A stretch of DNA of 64,000 nucleotides from Daphnia carinata (GCF_022539665.2 NC_081332.1:5890001-5954000); one strand, 5' to 3'; counted from the stretch's first letter, positions 14,052 through 27,500 are shown. Translations and numbers: made by a program. The notes: generated by a model not told the origin, from the letters alone.

Positions 14052-16408
14052 CTAAAATTTGCCACACGGGAGTCCGTCGCTGCAGGATTGACATAATTCC
14101 GGTTTATGAGGTGTTCGTGGTTTACCTAGGAGAATAACGAATAATGTTGCAACTCATGGAATAATATGAATTGTAAAATTTACCTCCTCGCAAGCCACGG
14201 ACTACCTTATCCAGAGGCCTACCATAGAATTTTTCAGCCACTTTAGAGTAAAGGTTCCACATGGCATTCGCAATTTCTTCCGGATACCAAAGCGGTGTCT
14301 CGAATGCCTATAATGAAAAGGTCCATTAGCTCAAACAATTACAATTTTTTGTTAAAGATTGAAAATATATATATATATACTCCTGATGTGCAGCGTTCGC
14401 ATTTTTGGCCGTACAACTTGAAGACCACTTCTCCTCTGGCAAATCCACTTTCAATTCCATGGAGCATTCGAAACCAAAAAACGACACGCCCCTGCATTGA
14501 AGTCCATCCATGATTGGCCTGCTAGATACACCAACCCCAAGTGATAAAAATTTATTTAATTATTTTCAAAACTCTCTGGACAAACTGTAACTTACTTCGC
14601 AATTAAAACGAACTTTGGCGGAATGGATAACCGTTTCCCAAGGCGTTCCTTTCCCATCGTCATCCGGAGGCTTTTCAACGGGTTTTAACGTCCACAGGTG
14701 ATTGTTTTCAAATAGCTCGATAAACAGCCACATGAAAGCGTTTTTCCAAAATCTTTCCAATCCACTATGAAATAAAGAAACAGAAAAAGAATAAATGAAC
14801 AAGAAAAGTCATATGTTGTCGGGCGTCGGATGCCTAAACTACCCGTAAGGATCGCCGGAGAATGTAGAGGAAGGGATGAAGTACACACCACGTTCGGATT
14901 TGAAGTTTGCCAGAAGAGATTGAACAAACTCTTGAGAATTTCTAAACTTTTGTCTACCATTTAGATTGATAGCTGTAGGAAGCTGATATCCGCTGGGGTA
15001 GTTAACAACAAAGTAGTACGGTTGGACAGGTACAATCATTGGGTACAGGGGTGACCACTGGAACGAAACAATGTTGCGTATCATCGTGACGCCAGGTGAC
15101 ATGGAATTACGCTAAGAGGACGCACGCGACACCGTTCATACTTTGCAAATGACTGACCATTAGGAGAAGAAAATTCTAGGGCAAGCAAAAAGAACGCAAT
15201 CTGGATGCCACAAACAGCGGGGATTTCCCCGAAAAACGCCCCGCAGGTTTCGTTTTTCAATATCGAGTCAAACAGGTATTTAGCAACTAGTACGGGAAAA
15301 GGTTCGTTCACGCAGGTAAGCATAGAAAATATTGAGCATAATTTAAACCAGAAAACTCAACACTTTCGAAGATACGGTCAAATTAGGAAACCGAACGTGT
15401 TTGGGGGATGCCATGACCATGTGAGAAAAGGCCAATTGCTAAATTTCCATTTGAAACGAGGAAATTGCAGCTTGTTACTACCCAACTACCTGCACGAGAA
15501 CGTAAAAACTAGATCTGATTTGTTTATTTTTTAAACAAACGACATGTTTAAATAAACTAAGGAAATCCAAAATAACGTCGATCAGCCTTCGAAATGGCAA
15601 GATAGAATGGACGTATTTCGGTATCATTTGGAATTGACGTTAATAGTGCAAGGTTGACATTTGGTAACTAAACAGTCCAAGGACGGAATTTATTGTTCAC
15701 TTTCTCGGGTGACAATGCTTATGCAAAAGTAGAAATTGCAGCTGCAAAGTTGTCTGCCCTATCGATTTACTAATAATGAAACTACTTACAAATACGTTTC
15801 CCGCGGCAATTTGGAAAGCAGTGCAATTTAAACCATTTTCGCGTGACTAAAGTAAATATTTCGAACACACTTACTATGGTAATGGATTCCAACCAGGTAA
15901 TGGAACGGGTGGCGGTGCAGTTTTTGGAAACCGCCAAATCTTGTCATCACTATTTTCTATTCTGAAAGCGAGTTTTTTGGATGACAAAGATGTCGTCGGT
16001 GATGATTCCAGACTACTGCAACTATCGCCACCAGGTAGCGATGAAAAGCACGTCATCGCACTTTCCGCAGCTGGTACCGATAAATAGCATGCCATCGAAG
16101 TTTTTGGCGGTAACACATCGAGCATGCAAAATGATGGAGCAACAGCCACAGGCGAGATGGAGTAAGGTGTCCATGATACTTCGTTGGGCCTCCAGCAACA
16201 ACCATCTTGGAAGACATAACTCCAATGACCACCACCAAACATAACTTCTACTGGTAAATATTTATCTGCTGAAAGAAAATAAACATTGCTTCATTAACTC
16301 GCCCCACACAGTCCGATAAAACTGGCATAATGTTGTGGTTTTATATTTACCCATTGGTGGTGCACAATAAGATGGATTTAAGTTGAAAATACTTGATGCA
16401 GGATACAT
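14052..16408 (-). CDS. 3CxxC zinc-binding-domain protein (receptor-transporting protein/ZAR1-type domain), copy A, distal-promoter isoform
   Basis: Exons 16408-16351, 16268-15875, 14764-14596, 14521-14381, 14307-14184, 14125-14052 with consistent phases. Protein includes WTLKP...SAKVRFNCE|QANHGWTSMQGRVVF...KLYGQKCERC...PLWYPEEI...HKPELCQSCSDGLPC. Confidence 0.8.
14843..15102 (-). CDS. Alternative proximal 5' coding exon of RTP-like copy A
   Basis: ORF MSPGVTMIRN...SGDPY ends at a phase-2 GG|GTAGTT donor, in frame with the shared exon at 14764 across a typical 78-nt intron. Confidence 0.55.
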
Positions 16409-17312
16409 TATGATAATATAGAAAAAAAAATTTTAATAAATTAAAAAACTAAGCGTGGTTAGTTTATGTTCCACATCCCATGACCTTTGAATAACTGAAG
16501 AATCGGAAAAGTTAGGTTAAGAAGGTCAGGAAGCTCCTCCCATAGAAGGATCATACAAACAAGTTCATTCGTCTACGCCCCACCAGCTCGATCTTGGCCT
16601 AGGTGATTGGTGAAGAACTTATCTACTGAACTTCATCGTCTTAAATTAACTAAAATAAATCTAATTAAAAGATGCGATTAGAGTAAATTTTATTTTAACA
16701 TTTCAACTACTGTTTTATTCTGTTAATTTCAATGCTGACGAAGAAAGCCGTGGAACAAGATGCATTTTTCAACGTCATCTTTGTTTTTGACATGAAGTGA
16801 AAACCAAGCATCGAAGGAAATCTTTGAGGGCAAACATGAAACCGAAACAAAAATGGCCGCTATTACAATGGGAAAAAAACTAGCCAGTTAATTCCAATTA
16901 AGATTTATTGGTTTAAAAAGTTAGTTGAGGGTGAGGGGTTTCATGTCTTTCCGTAAATTTCTGAGGAAGGCTTATGTCCAACTGTTTAAGGTCTCTCGGG
17001 ACTTGTCAATGTAGAAGGAAGATGACTGTTGAACTTCATGAGAAAGTGAAAGGGGGGAGGTGATCATGTGCTTCTATAATGTTTTTGAAAAGGGGGAAAA
17101 TGTTGAAGGTCGCGAAGAAAAAAAAATGTGGAATATCAACAGATGCATCTTTTTTTTTCTTGCACAGAAAAAAACAAATTGTAACGCTTGTATGGATTGT
17201 TCTAGAGACAACTATGACCGAATCAGCCTCTAGGCATAAAATCGTGTGAAGCTTGGAACACCGTGTCTACACAAACATTCCCTTCATTTTGCGTGTTTGC
17301 CTCGTAGCATTA

Positions 17313-17417
17313 TGTAAAACTACATTAGTCTACTCCCATTAATTTTGGAGCGATGCAAAACTACATCAGTCTACTCCAATTGTTTTAAGAGCGGTGCAAA
17401 ACGAAACCACATTAGTC
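17313..17417. repeat. 41-bp minisatellite, about 2.5 degenerate copies
   Basis: Units tgtaaaactacattagtctactcccattaattttggagcga (17313-17353), tgcaaaactacatcagtctactccaattgttttaagagcgg (17354-17394) and a partial third copy. Confidence 0.8.
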
Positions 17418-17639
17418 ATCTTTCATCTCAAAGTAAAAGAACAGGTTTGAGATTTCTCCATGGTCGATTCAGGAAAATAACAATTAAGATATTCTAATAA
17501 AAATCATTTGTTTTTATTGGTTCTATAAACCAAACCGACGCACACATAATACAAACAAGTGACTAAAAGATACATGCTGAACACATGATGTTAGAAAAAT
17601 AAGAAAAAAAAATAACATTGACTTCTTTTCAATGTTCTA

Positions 17640-18773
17640 TCAAAAGCGTATAACGCAAAGACCTTCAACACATGCCTGGCATCTAGTTGGGTCATGGTGG
17701 GTAAGTCTACTAGGATTGCCCTGACGAAGTCTGCGAGGAACAGGAAGCTTCTCGCCGCCATAATACGTCTTGGCTACCTCTGTTGCCAGAAAACGAATTG
17801 CATTTTCGATTTCTTCATGGTACCACAATGGAGTCAAAAAATCCTAAAATAAAAAAAACCTGAATTATGTGCACTCAAGTAATGTAATAAAACTCAAAAT
17901 TTACCTGACGATTTTTGTGGCAACGATTGCACTGTTGCCCGTAAAGTTTGAAACGAGCTTCGGAAACGATAACGTTGTTATGTCGACGCATGCGGTACCA
18001 AAATACCACGCGGCCCTTCATCGATGTCCATCCATGTTTGTACTAATAACTCGTGTGTTAAAAATTTGTCCCATCATCGTTAGCATCGGGTATAGACTTA
18101 CTTGACATTGGAAACGAACTTTAGCTGAATAACTAATGGCGTGCCATGCCCATTCGTCTTCAGCTGGTGGCGCAGAGATGGGCTGCAGAGTCCAAAGATG
18201 GTTACTGCCGAACCATAACGGACGAAAGAACCAAGCAAAAGCCGATTGCCAAAACTGCTCCATACCACTATAAAAAAAAAAGAAAAAAAATTACGATACA
18301 AGAATAAAAATGGAAACTTGTATCGTTTTTACTATGGCATTGGTTCCCAATTAGGCAATGGGAAATATGGAATTGTAGGTGGCGGCAATGTCCATTTGAT
18401 AAGTCGACCGATAGTCACATTGTTAACAACTGGAGTTGGATCAAACTCATTGTTCTCTTTCTCAATTAATGTCTCGAATGCGGGACTGATGCTAAGTGGA
18501 ATATCACTTTGTGGAAAGAACGGGAATATGTAGTATGGCACAACAGGATAATAGACAAAGCGAATGGCGTCCGACAGTGGAGACGGTGGTGGTGAACTCG
18601 GTGATGGCGAGCATTCCCCACTGGCATCTGAATAACCACTGTCGAAAGGATCCTCATAGAGTTTGAAAGAAAACTCTAGGAAGAAAACAAAGATAAACAG
18701 ATATTTTAATTCTAAGCTCTAAAAACACGCTTCGGCTCCACTTACCGGGTTCAATTTCGTTGACAAAGACCAT
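17640..18773 (-). CDS. 3CxxC zinc-binding-domain protein (RTP-like), copy B
   Basis: Exons 18773-18746, 18675-18333, 18267-18102, 18042-17905, 17843-17640 with consistent phases. Protein includes SAKVRFQCQ|YKHGWTSMKGRVVF...KLYGQQCNRC...PLWYHEEI...HDPTRCQACVEGLC. Confidence 0.85.
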
Positions 18774-21700
18774 CTTTGAATACGAGGATTTCGTGGCTGC
18801 AGAATTTTTTTTTTTTTATGTTGTTGGAACAATTGTAAACCCGGTTATCTCGACCAGGACCGATTTAGTACACTGACTCCTCAAATTGTTTACGGGCCAT
18901 ACAGGGTCACGGGCCTTTTATACTCGGGGGCGTGTCAACTCACATTCGCGTCATTGTGACCAATGGCAGCCCAGGCCTACGGCAGCGTGGACTGCCTTTA
19001 ACGGGTCGGATTGGTAGAAAATTGGCTGAGGGCAGATGTCCCATGACCTTTTTCATATCAGAACAAACTTGTCTTCAAAATTGTCGTAAACGTTATGGAA
19101 TATCCTTTAAAGGATTTAATGTCATCAAGTCATCGCTATAGATGATCAAAGAATACCACGATCGCAACCGGCATAGACTTTAAACATTATGGTATTTCAG
19201 TGTGTCAAAAGAATGAGCGAACTAAAAAAAACACATAAAGTTTACACATTCTGTTGCCCTTATTAATATTTCAAATGGAGTTGCAGGAATAAAACTGTCA
19301 GCATACTAGTTACTCAACTGGCTTGAAATACGATATACTCTAACGAACAGTAGTATGTGTTGCCTTTTATTGTTATTGTAACAAACGTCTATGCCAAGGG
19401 AAAAAAAAAATCCCCAACTTTAGACAAACAGCGTGGTAAGTTAATTTACAATTTCTTTTTCTTTTCGTTTCCTTTTTGTCTTTGCTCTCTCTTCCTACCG
19501 AAAGCAGTTCATTTGAATAATTTTCAAGTAGAAATTACTTTTGCTGTAGAAAAAGGGCAAACGCTTTTGTTTTGTGGAAAAAGAAAGAATGTCAAAGCAT
19601 GCTTAGATATCTTGTATAATGAACAAAACAAAAAAAAAAATGTTTAAGAAAATTACCAGCTGCAGGGAGCGGTCAGTTGAAACACCTGTTTTCTCATTTC
19701 GTCAAAAAACTGTTTCGCGAGATCTTTGGCTTCGTGCCCAACCCTCTGCAAAACATCCTTGTTTTTTGTAGGACAAAAGATAAGAAAAAAAAAATGGAGG
19801 AAAACTTGTTTCGAATGGAGGATGGGTAAGGTATTTGCGAGTGGAGGTACGCAAAAGTTTTGTTGTTGCTCTATGACTCATTTTCCCAGATGTGCTAGTT
19901 TGAAAAATAAATAGAACTACAGGAAATCGGACGGTTTCATGGAAAGTAAAATGTCGACTGTCTAACCACCAACGTAAGCATAAAGAAACGTGACGTTGAT
20001 TACATAAATATAATGATGCACCCGTAAGTGGTAATAAATTAGCCTCTCAAGGTCATATTTCCCTGTTAGTAAGCCACACCAAGTCACTGAAATCGAAATT
20101 TTAAAAGGAAAAATAAAACTCACATTAATACTCAAATTTCGTGGCATAGCGTGTTTCTTTTTTTTTACTGTAGATACAACAAACAAAATTTTGTGAGTTA
20201 AAACTAGCGAGTGCAACAGAATGGTGCTAACTTCCCTTAACTTGAAAGTTCGGAAATCCCCTGGAGTACAACTCAATCACTCCTTTTCTGGATGTTATTT
20301 GACGATGGAGGGAAAATTACTCTCCCATCCCCATCTTAAAAAAGAAAATAATGGGTAGAATGGTGAGAAAACCGCTGGTCACTTGATTTCATGCATAACA
20401 CTGGTAAATAATGAAAACATTGTTCAAATAATTTTAGTCTCGTTTCCCACGTTGAAGCCGTTCCCAACCACGATTGTTCTCACTTTTGATTTTGTCACGC
20501 CATTACTGTTTGCTAGTAAGATCATCAAAGTTACTCCATAAATTTTAGCAGGCGTACCCACCGTGAAGTCTTCCAGTAATCGCCATGGCATAATGACATG
20601 TGTCTTACGATTTTACTTGGATAGTATTTGCCTAAATGCCAGCGAAAACGTGTTCTGTTTGGAAGCCATTTTCCATTCGTGATGAAAGGTAGTGATCAAC
20701 ACCAATGTGTGATTTCTAATCCATCTTGCTTACAATGTAATTATATGGTTTTTGTTGAACGACTATAGTTAGGCTGAGAATAAAATGGATAGGGAATAAT
20801 TATCTGCCGCCGGACTTTCTTGGCGATGGTTTGATGTAAAACGATCAATTTTTTGCGAAGCGCCCATGTTCTTCTCTGGAGCAAGTCGATAGAAAGAGCA
20901 AAGTTGTGGGTGAATGAAAATGGCGACGATCCTACTCCATCTAGCGAGCTGTTGTGTATACTTAATGGCTCCATATAAACATCTAAAGGAAAAGGCAAAT
21001 ACGATTTAAACAATATTTACACATTTTCATATTTAACAAAAAAAGGATTTTCACTTGCACTTACACACTTATGTTCTTTAGAGATGTTTATTGTTTCGGT
21101 AATCCAAATGTGTGTCTTATTCCATGCTTAACCACCCCCACCCTCCACTAAAAAACGTGAGCGTCGACATTTGTTTGCCCTTCAGTGCTGCCAGACAAGT
21201 GCGCGTTAATTAATCTCGTTATTGGAAAAGCATTTGTTTTTTTTCTCCGGCAATAAGAGCGTTCATTTTTTTTGTATTGTTCTTTGCAAAGTCAAAATTC
21301 AGCTATTACTATTTCTACTTTATTCACTAACTCTTTGTTAGGAAGGCCTAAGCTGAGAATCACGCTGTTAATTCGCCAAAAGAGCATTTACCGTTTCTCA
21401 TCACCACATGAGGAATTTTGTAAGACACACCTTTGGCTGCACTTTGTTTGGGGATGTTGATGTCATGTTTAGATGACACACCTTTCTGCTCATAAGACAG
21501 GTTTTTGATTTCAATTTCCATATGAGAACGTCAGTAGAAATTAAAATGTTACCGATACTTGATACCTTATATGTGGCAACTTTCCTGACAGAAGAATCCA
21601 CGCTAGATATGTTAAGTCACCCCCCTGTTTATCGATTATTGGAAGGAATCGCCTATTCAAGACGAATTGTGACGTATTTTTAATGACATTAGTAAACACA

Positions 21701-22498
21701 GCAAAAATTATTTCCCGCAATTACCGTAATGCAATAGCATTTGAAAAAAATGATCTGCCAATTACAGCAAGCAATTTTCAATACTTGCCCAAGGATAACA
21801 AGAAAAATCACTTGGTGTTTTGTTAGCAAACCCGCCGTGAAGAGAAAAAATAACAATCATCAAATAATAACAATTCAAAGAGCCACTGAATCATTACTAC
21901 TGTCCGCGGTTGGTCATGTTCATACCCACTTTCATTGTATCTCTTCCTAGAATTTTTTTGGGGTTGACTGGTCACTTATTTTTTTTTTACCAGGAAGTAA
22001 GACAGGAGATCAAAATCATGTAGCCCTAAACGTGCCAAGGAACCCATACGAAACAAGGAAATAAAATAAACAACACGTTTTAGTCGAAAAATAAAATGCT
22101 TCATTTATTTCCACTGAAATTACGGCTAGTTTTTTTCGATACACGAGCGGCATTCACAAGTAAATGAAACTATGGTGAGCTCATCGTGGTTGTAGATGCC
22201 TGTGATTCGGTCGATCGGCGCGCAAAAAAACTGTACACGTACGTAAAAAACATAGATTGGTTGAAAGGAAAGCCCACATTAGGAAAAAAATTTGCACACG
22301 ATGACTGTACAGTTCCGAAAATGTTTCGGCTCTAGACAAAGGAACAGCTTATTCAATTTCGAACTAATACACGATGATTCCACGAGTTCTCCACATGAGA
22401 TATGGACCCTGCTCGGAGAGCATTCTAGATTTATACAACGTCAAGTTTTGACGACTTAAATAACGCTATGTCTAACCCTCTCCCCTCCCGCCAAATTT

Positions 22499-23401
22499 CT
22501 ACTTCTTGCGAATCTGACTGGCGATCCATTCGAGCCCTTGGTACAGCCTGATTCAGAAAACAAAACAAAAATAATAAATGCATTCTGATAACATCTAATT
22601 CTAAAATATAACAAAGTATGAAATGCTTACCCTTCACCAGTAAGTGCACAACACGCTTGAATCTGCCACTTGTGTTTCTTTATGGAAGTCAGGTTCAGGT
22701 GGCGAGAAATCTCTGCAGCGGACATGGAGCCTTTGACATCTTGCTTGTTTGCCAAAACTAAAACTGCACATTGGTGAAGCTCTTCATGGGCTAGAATTTT
22801 ATGTAATTCTTGTCGAGTGATGCTCAACCTTTCCCTGTCAGTTGAATCCACTACTAATATTACAAACTACAAAAACAAACACCAAAAATCAAAATTGTAA
22901 GAACTCAAATTATATAAGATAAACAACAAAAATTACCTCTGTGTTGGTGTAATAGGTATTCCATGCAGCTCTAAGAGATTCTTGCCCTCCCAGGTCCCAC
23001 ATGATGAAATGTATATTTTTCCACACGACCTCTTCAACATTTGAACCAATAGTGGGTGATGTGTGAACGACTTCATTCATGAGGAACTGATAAAGAATGG
23101 TTGTTTTTCCTGCATTGTCCAGGCCAACAAGGACAATCTTGTGTTCTGCAATTTAAAAAAAATTCAAGATGTTTAATGATTTGTACATTCAGATTACCCA
23201 CTATATTCTGTTAATGTGTTGACTGGTTCAACTAACCCCAATCAAAGATAATTTACATATAGTTTTATCGAAGATTTAGTGACTTTCTCAAAAATGTAAG
23301 CTGGGCAAAATAATAGCTGTGCCTCAATAGGATCAGGCTATTTTTATTTTTTTACCTTCATTTCCAAAAAGATTCCACAGTTTGGCAAGCAGAATTCCCA
23401 T
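22499..23401 (-). CDS. ARL5: ADP-ribosylation factor-like GTPase 5
   Basis: [54 protein letters not shown]...[17 protein letters not shown]...ANKQD...[17 protein letters not shown]. Confidence 0.96.
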
Positions 23402-24065
23402 TGTTGTTGACGTGCGAACGTGAAATTTAAGAGTGGATCAGAACAAGGGACAACCAAAACTATGAAGATTCAAGAAGAGCCTATGCTTGGTTCACAAAGG
23501 AGAAGACAGTGGCAGGATTTCAAAGCAGAATGGACAGAATGGGAATGTACAGCGACCTTGAGGAGAGGACTTGACCTGATTAAGAACCCCCCTTATAAAC
23601 TCTCCTACCCCCTTCCAGTGGGAGCAGTCAGTGGGCTTCACTTTTAAACAGCTTCCGCCCTTTCTTTTGCTGCTTGAATCAACTACAGCTTGTTCAACCT
23701 TCAAAAATGAGTTCTTGAAGCAGCAATGCGGGTGAAGAAGTTTGAAGAAAACACCAAGCTTTTGCTGGTGGGGATCGATCACTGAAGAAGAGTGCGATAT
23801 GGTATAGCCAAATCAGCGACTCAACGTAAAATGACCACATGAGCAAGATTACGTCAAACAAGAAATGAGAACGTCGAAGCAAGAGAGGAATTCAGTAAAC
23901 TAAATACCAAACGCACCAACATGCTACACGAAAGTGTGGTTATGTGAAAGTACCGACAACAATTGCTCAAATTGACGTCACGATTAGAAAGTGAGACATG
24001 GATTTTTCTTTTGCTCCACTTCCACTTCCAGCACTCTATTACAGATGGCTCAAGCCGAGTCAAGA

Positions 24066-24080
24066 CAGTGCCATCTAGCG
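24066..24080 (-). promoter_or_regulatory. CTCF-like motif upstream of ARL5
   Basis: Minus strand reads CGCTAGATGGCACTG, which matches the arthropod CTCF core AG(A/G)TGGC(A/G). Similar sites occur at 34621, 40002, 59247, 59443 and 59633. Confidence 0.4.
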
Positions 24081-24575
24081 TTTATTAAAAAGAGATTCGT
24101 ATACGAACTTGAGAGGAAACGCTGGCTCCCGCAGCAGCCAATACCTGTTAAATAATTTTAAAAAACAGTTTTCTACGTATTTATTCATTATTTTTTTAAG
24201 TTCAACGCATGTCAAGTTGGTCACGGTCATTCATTACAACTTTAACTAACGGCCCGTCGTGGACGTCAAGGTAAGTTTATCGTGGACGTATTACCTAGGG
24301 CTGTTACGCATCACGATGAGTTGAAAGAAGATAAGAGTTGTGTCTTGAATTCTAAATATTACACGCAAAATCGTCGCAAACTGACCCTGAAAAAATTCAA
24401 CAAGTCTTTTGAGGGAAAGAAGTAACTGTATTAATAATCCTCATACATCACCCAAAATAATAATAAAAATCTTTGAAAGGAATTCGTCCGTAATTGTAAA
24501 GTGGAATTTTCACACGACGAAGCTTTTTCAAGTCCGAAACTCGACTTAAGAGGTAAATAATTTGAAACATAAAAT

Positions 24576-27500
24576 TTACTCTTGGGGTATGGCAATCGAT
24601 TTTTTATATGAGACAGCAGCCTCACGAATTCGAGGAATAAGTTTTTCCATTTTTTGACGAACTGCTTCAAGTAGTTCTTCATCCCCTTTGCGTGTTAGTT
24701 CTTGAATGACCAAACCTGTTTAAAACACAAAATTGACGTCAACCCTACACTGCTTTGATAGAATGTAAATAGAATTACCTTGCAATTCAGACAGCGACTC
24801 TCCAAGAGGCTGCGGTAAGTGCGATTGGAGGAAACTGATAATCTGGGGGACAAACCGGCCTGAAGCAGTCAGGACGGTTTGGGTAACAGTATGGAAAAGC
24901 AAAAGAACAGCCACATGCAAGACTAAGGCAGCATCTTGTGCTGCATTAAGCTGCTCGATTAGCACATGACGTTGCTGGATAGGGATTGTTTTGTCTTTCT
25001 TTTTGTCCGCTTTGCGCAAGACGACATCACAGGCTGCAAGGGCCACATCAGCTTCTGAAAGAAATTCTTCGATGCTTGCTCCTTGGCTAGCTTTGTGAAG
25101 TCCTTGAAGCGGTACCCGTATATTCTGCGGCAAGCCATTGATTATCTTTTGTCGGGCCTGTTAGCAACGAACCACCAAACGAGAAAGTTACAACCGCTGA
25201 GCAGTAGAATCAGCAAACTGTAATATTGGATACCTCAGGAGATAGGTCCTTCGAATCGTTTGCGACATTAGTATCCTGGGATACGTACGAAACCAATTCA
25301 TTAACTAACTCCGATCCAGCTGTTTTGAGTAGGTGGCGAACAAGCTGCTGCTGTACATCTAATGAAGTAAAGAACTGAATCGCCTTCTCACCCTAAAATT
25401 TAAACAAGTTTCAACATGTTGGTGAAAGAATGCCACAAAATAGCCATACCTGTTTTATATTTTGCAATAACAATTGCACTTTATTTTGCAATTCACTGTG
25501 GGTTTGCCGTCTCTGGCCTGATGTTGCCGATAGTACTGCTTCAAACGCCAGCCGGGCTGCCTCTTGGAACGAAGACTGCAATGATCTAGAGATAAAGACA
25601 GTAAGTTTAATAACCACTCTTGAGTCTAACAAACAGATATATGGCTATCTTTACGGATAAAGACGCCGCGCAATGTCTTCGATGAACTCGTCGGGTGCAT
25701 CAGACAAGTTTTCCTGTTTTCTCAAAACATTAGAAATTTCATCAAGGGACATGAACTGAAGTTCGGTAGAGGCAGAACTACTTCCTCCAACAAATTCTTC
25801 TTCCCCCTCATCATCAGAGTCATTTTTCCCCTTCTGATACTTTTTTTTAGTAGCCCTAGTTTTTGTTTCTCTGCCCTACAAATAAAAATAGATTGCAATT
25901 AAAGAATTTTAAATGAATTGAGTCAAGTTGTTACTACCTGGGTGCCCCCACCAAGTTTGCCTTCATTAGCTTTTTTCCTTCGTTCATCTTTCCGATCTTT
26001 TTTTTCGTTGCTCTGCTCCGGTTTGAACGATTTTTCCTTGGCATTACGCTGATCTGCAAGAGATTGGAGATAGTCTCCAGATGCCACAACCTACATACAC
26101 AAAAACTTACCTTATTTCTTGTAACTTCTAACTTATGGCAAAATAGAAACAGATACCTCACTTGCTTTTTCTTCAATCATTGGCTTAAATATGAGCCTTA
26201 GGTTTTGGACGAACGCATTACTTGTGACTGCTGAATGTCCAATCACAAGCGCATCTTTTCCAGGTAAATTTTGGCTGTTCTTTAGCACGTGCTGAATAAT
26301 TTGTTCAGCATCTTCTTCGTCAAATACACTGGGCAGCAGGGGCTAATGAAATATTATGAATTATACTCATAGTTTATGTACATTATTTGCAATATACCAG
26401 CACTTCCACCCAAGATTGGGAAATAAGAGCCTCTTCGACGGCAGCCTCTATTTGCTGTAAAATGTAACTACCGACGCAACAGCTTGAGAGATAAAGAAGA
26501 GAGGTTTCTCTGAAACGTTTTCGGCAAAAGCTTTTAGGATCACCTAATCCTAGTCGGGTAAGGGCTGCATATTCTATAAAGGAAAATCACAAGAGTCATA
26601 TGACGGTTATGAAACGTCTCTACGCAATTAGTTGTACCAAGATAACCGTTCTGCTTCAGGAAATTGTCGATCCATTCATTTTGAGATCGCGAATGAACAT
26701 CAGGTATGAACGTAGCTACATTGGCTTGTCTGCCTCCGCTTAACGATGCTTGAATTCGTTTTGAGCTGATCAGCTCATCGGCAACAGCTGATAGAATTCA
26801 ACGTTTAAGGAAAGGTAATGGTTTTGTACTGAATAACCTATTACCGAAAAAAAGGCGTTCGGGAAGCTTATTTTGAGCAATAATTGCTGAAACAGAAGTA
26901 GGAACAGTAATTGCAGATAGAGCCCCCCGGATACGTGCTCGATTGCGCGCCAAAAAGCCTTCGGTGAAGAAGACATGGTGGTCGTATTTGTCCTGCTGGC
27001 CTTGTATAATGGTACCCAGTCTTTTGCGAATTTGCTGCATAGGGTATTGACCATAACCATATTCCCTTTGTACATTTATAACCTTTTAAATATTTATATA
27101 CCTGAAGTATGAAATCAATTGGCAATTCATACTGTTTTGTTAATTCAACTACAGTAATCTGCCCTGACTGCTGAAGGGTTTCATTAATTTCCTCAGCAAG
27201 GCGATCTAAATGGTCATCATCTATCAGCTGACCAGACACTAAATGGATTTCAGGTTTAGTTTGGCTTATATCCTGTGCCCTAGATTCAATAGCATGGTAG
27301 CTGATGTTGAGGATTGGTACAAGCTCTGTTAAGCTTATTCTTCCTCCATGCAGATAGAGTTCATCACAAATTTCCCTAGATAGCTGATCTAAAGTGACAT
27401 ACTCTTTGCCATCATTGGTGTAAAATACATCAATGAGCTTTAACTCAATGAGTTTGGAAACTATTTCAATGCAGTTTCTCTCAGAGAGCCTGCAATACCA

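Noticed and set aside
15874..16242. 122-aa ORF as a stand-alone gene or pseudogene
   Set aside because: Its apparent TAG stop overlaps a consensus TA|GTAAGT donor and it matches copy B exon 2, so it is treated as an alternative 5' exon of copy A.
17313..17417. 41-bp repeat as a CRISPR-like array
   Set aside because: Contiguous degenerate tandem units with no unique spacers and no cas genes, in a eukaryotic context; it is a minisatellite.
18900..22400. Short ORFs between RTP-like copy B and ARL5
   Set aside because: No recognisable domain or consistent exon chain; AT-rich sequence that fits intergenic DNA or UTR.
23420..24063. ORFs on both strands upstream of ARL5
   Set aside because: No homology recognised; most simply explained as the ARL5 5' UTR or promoter.
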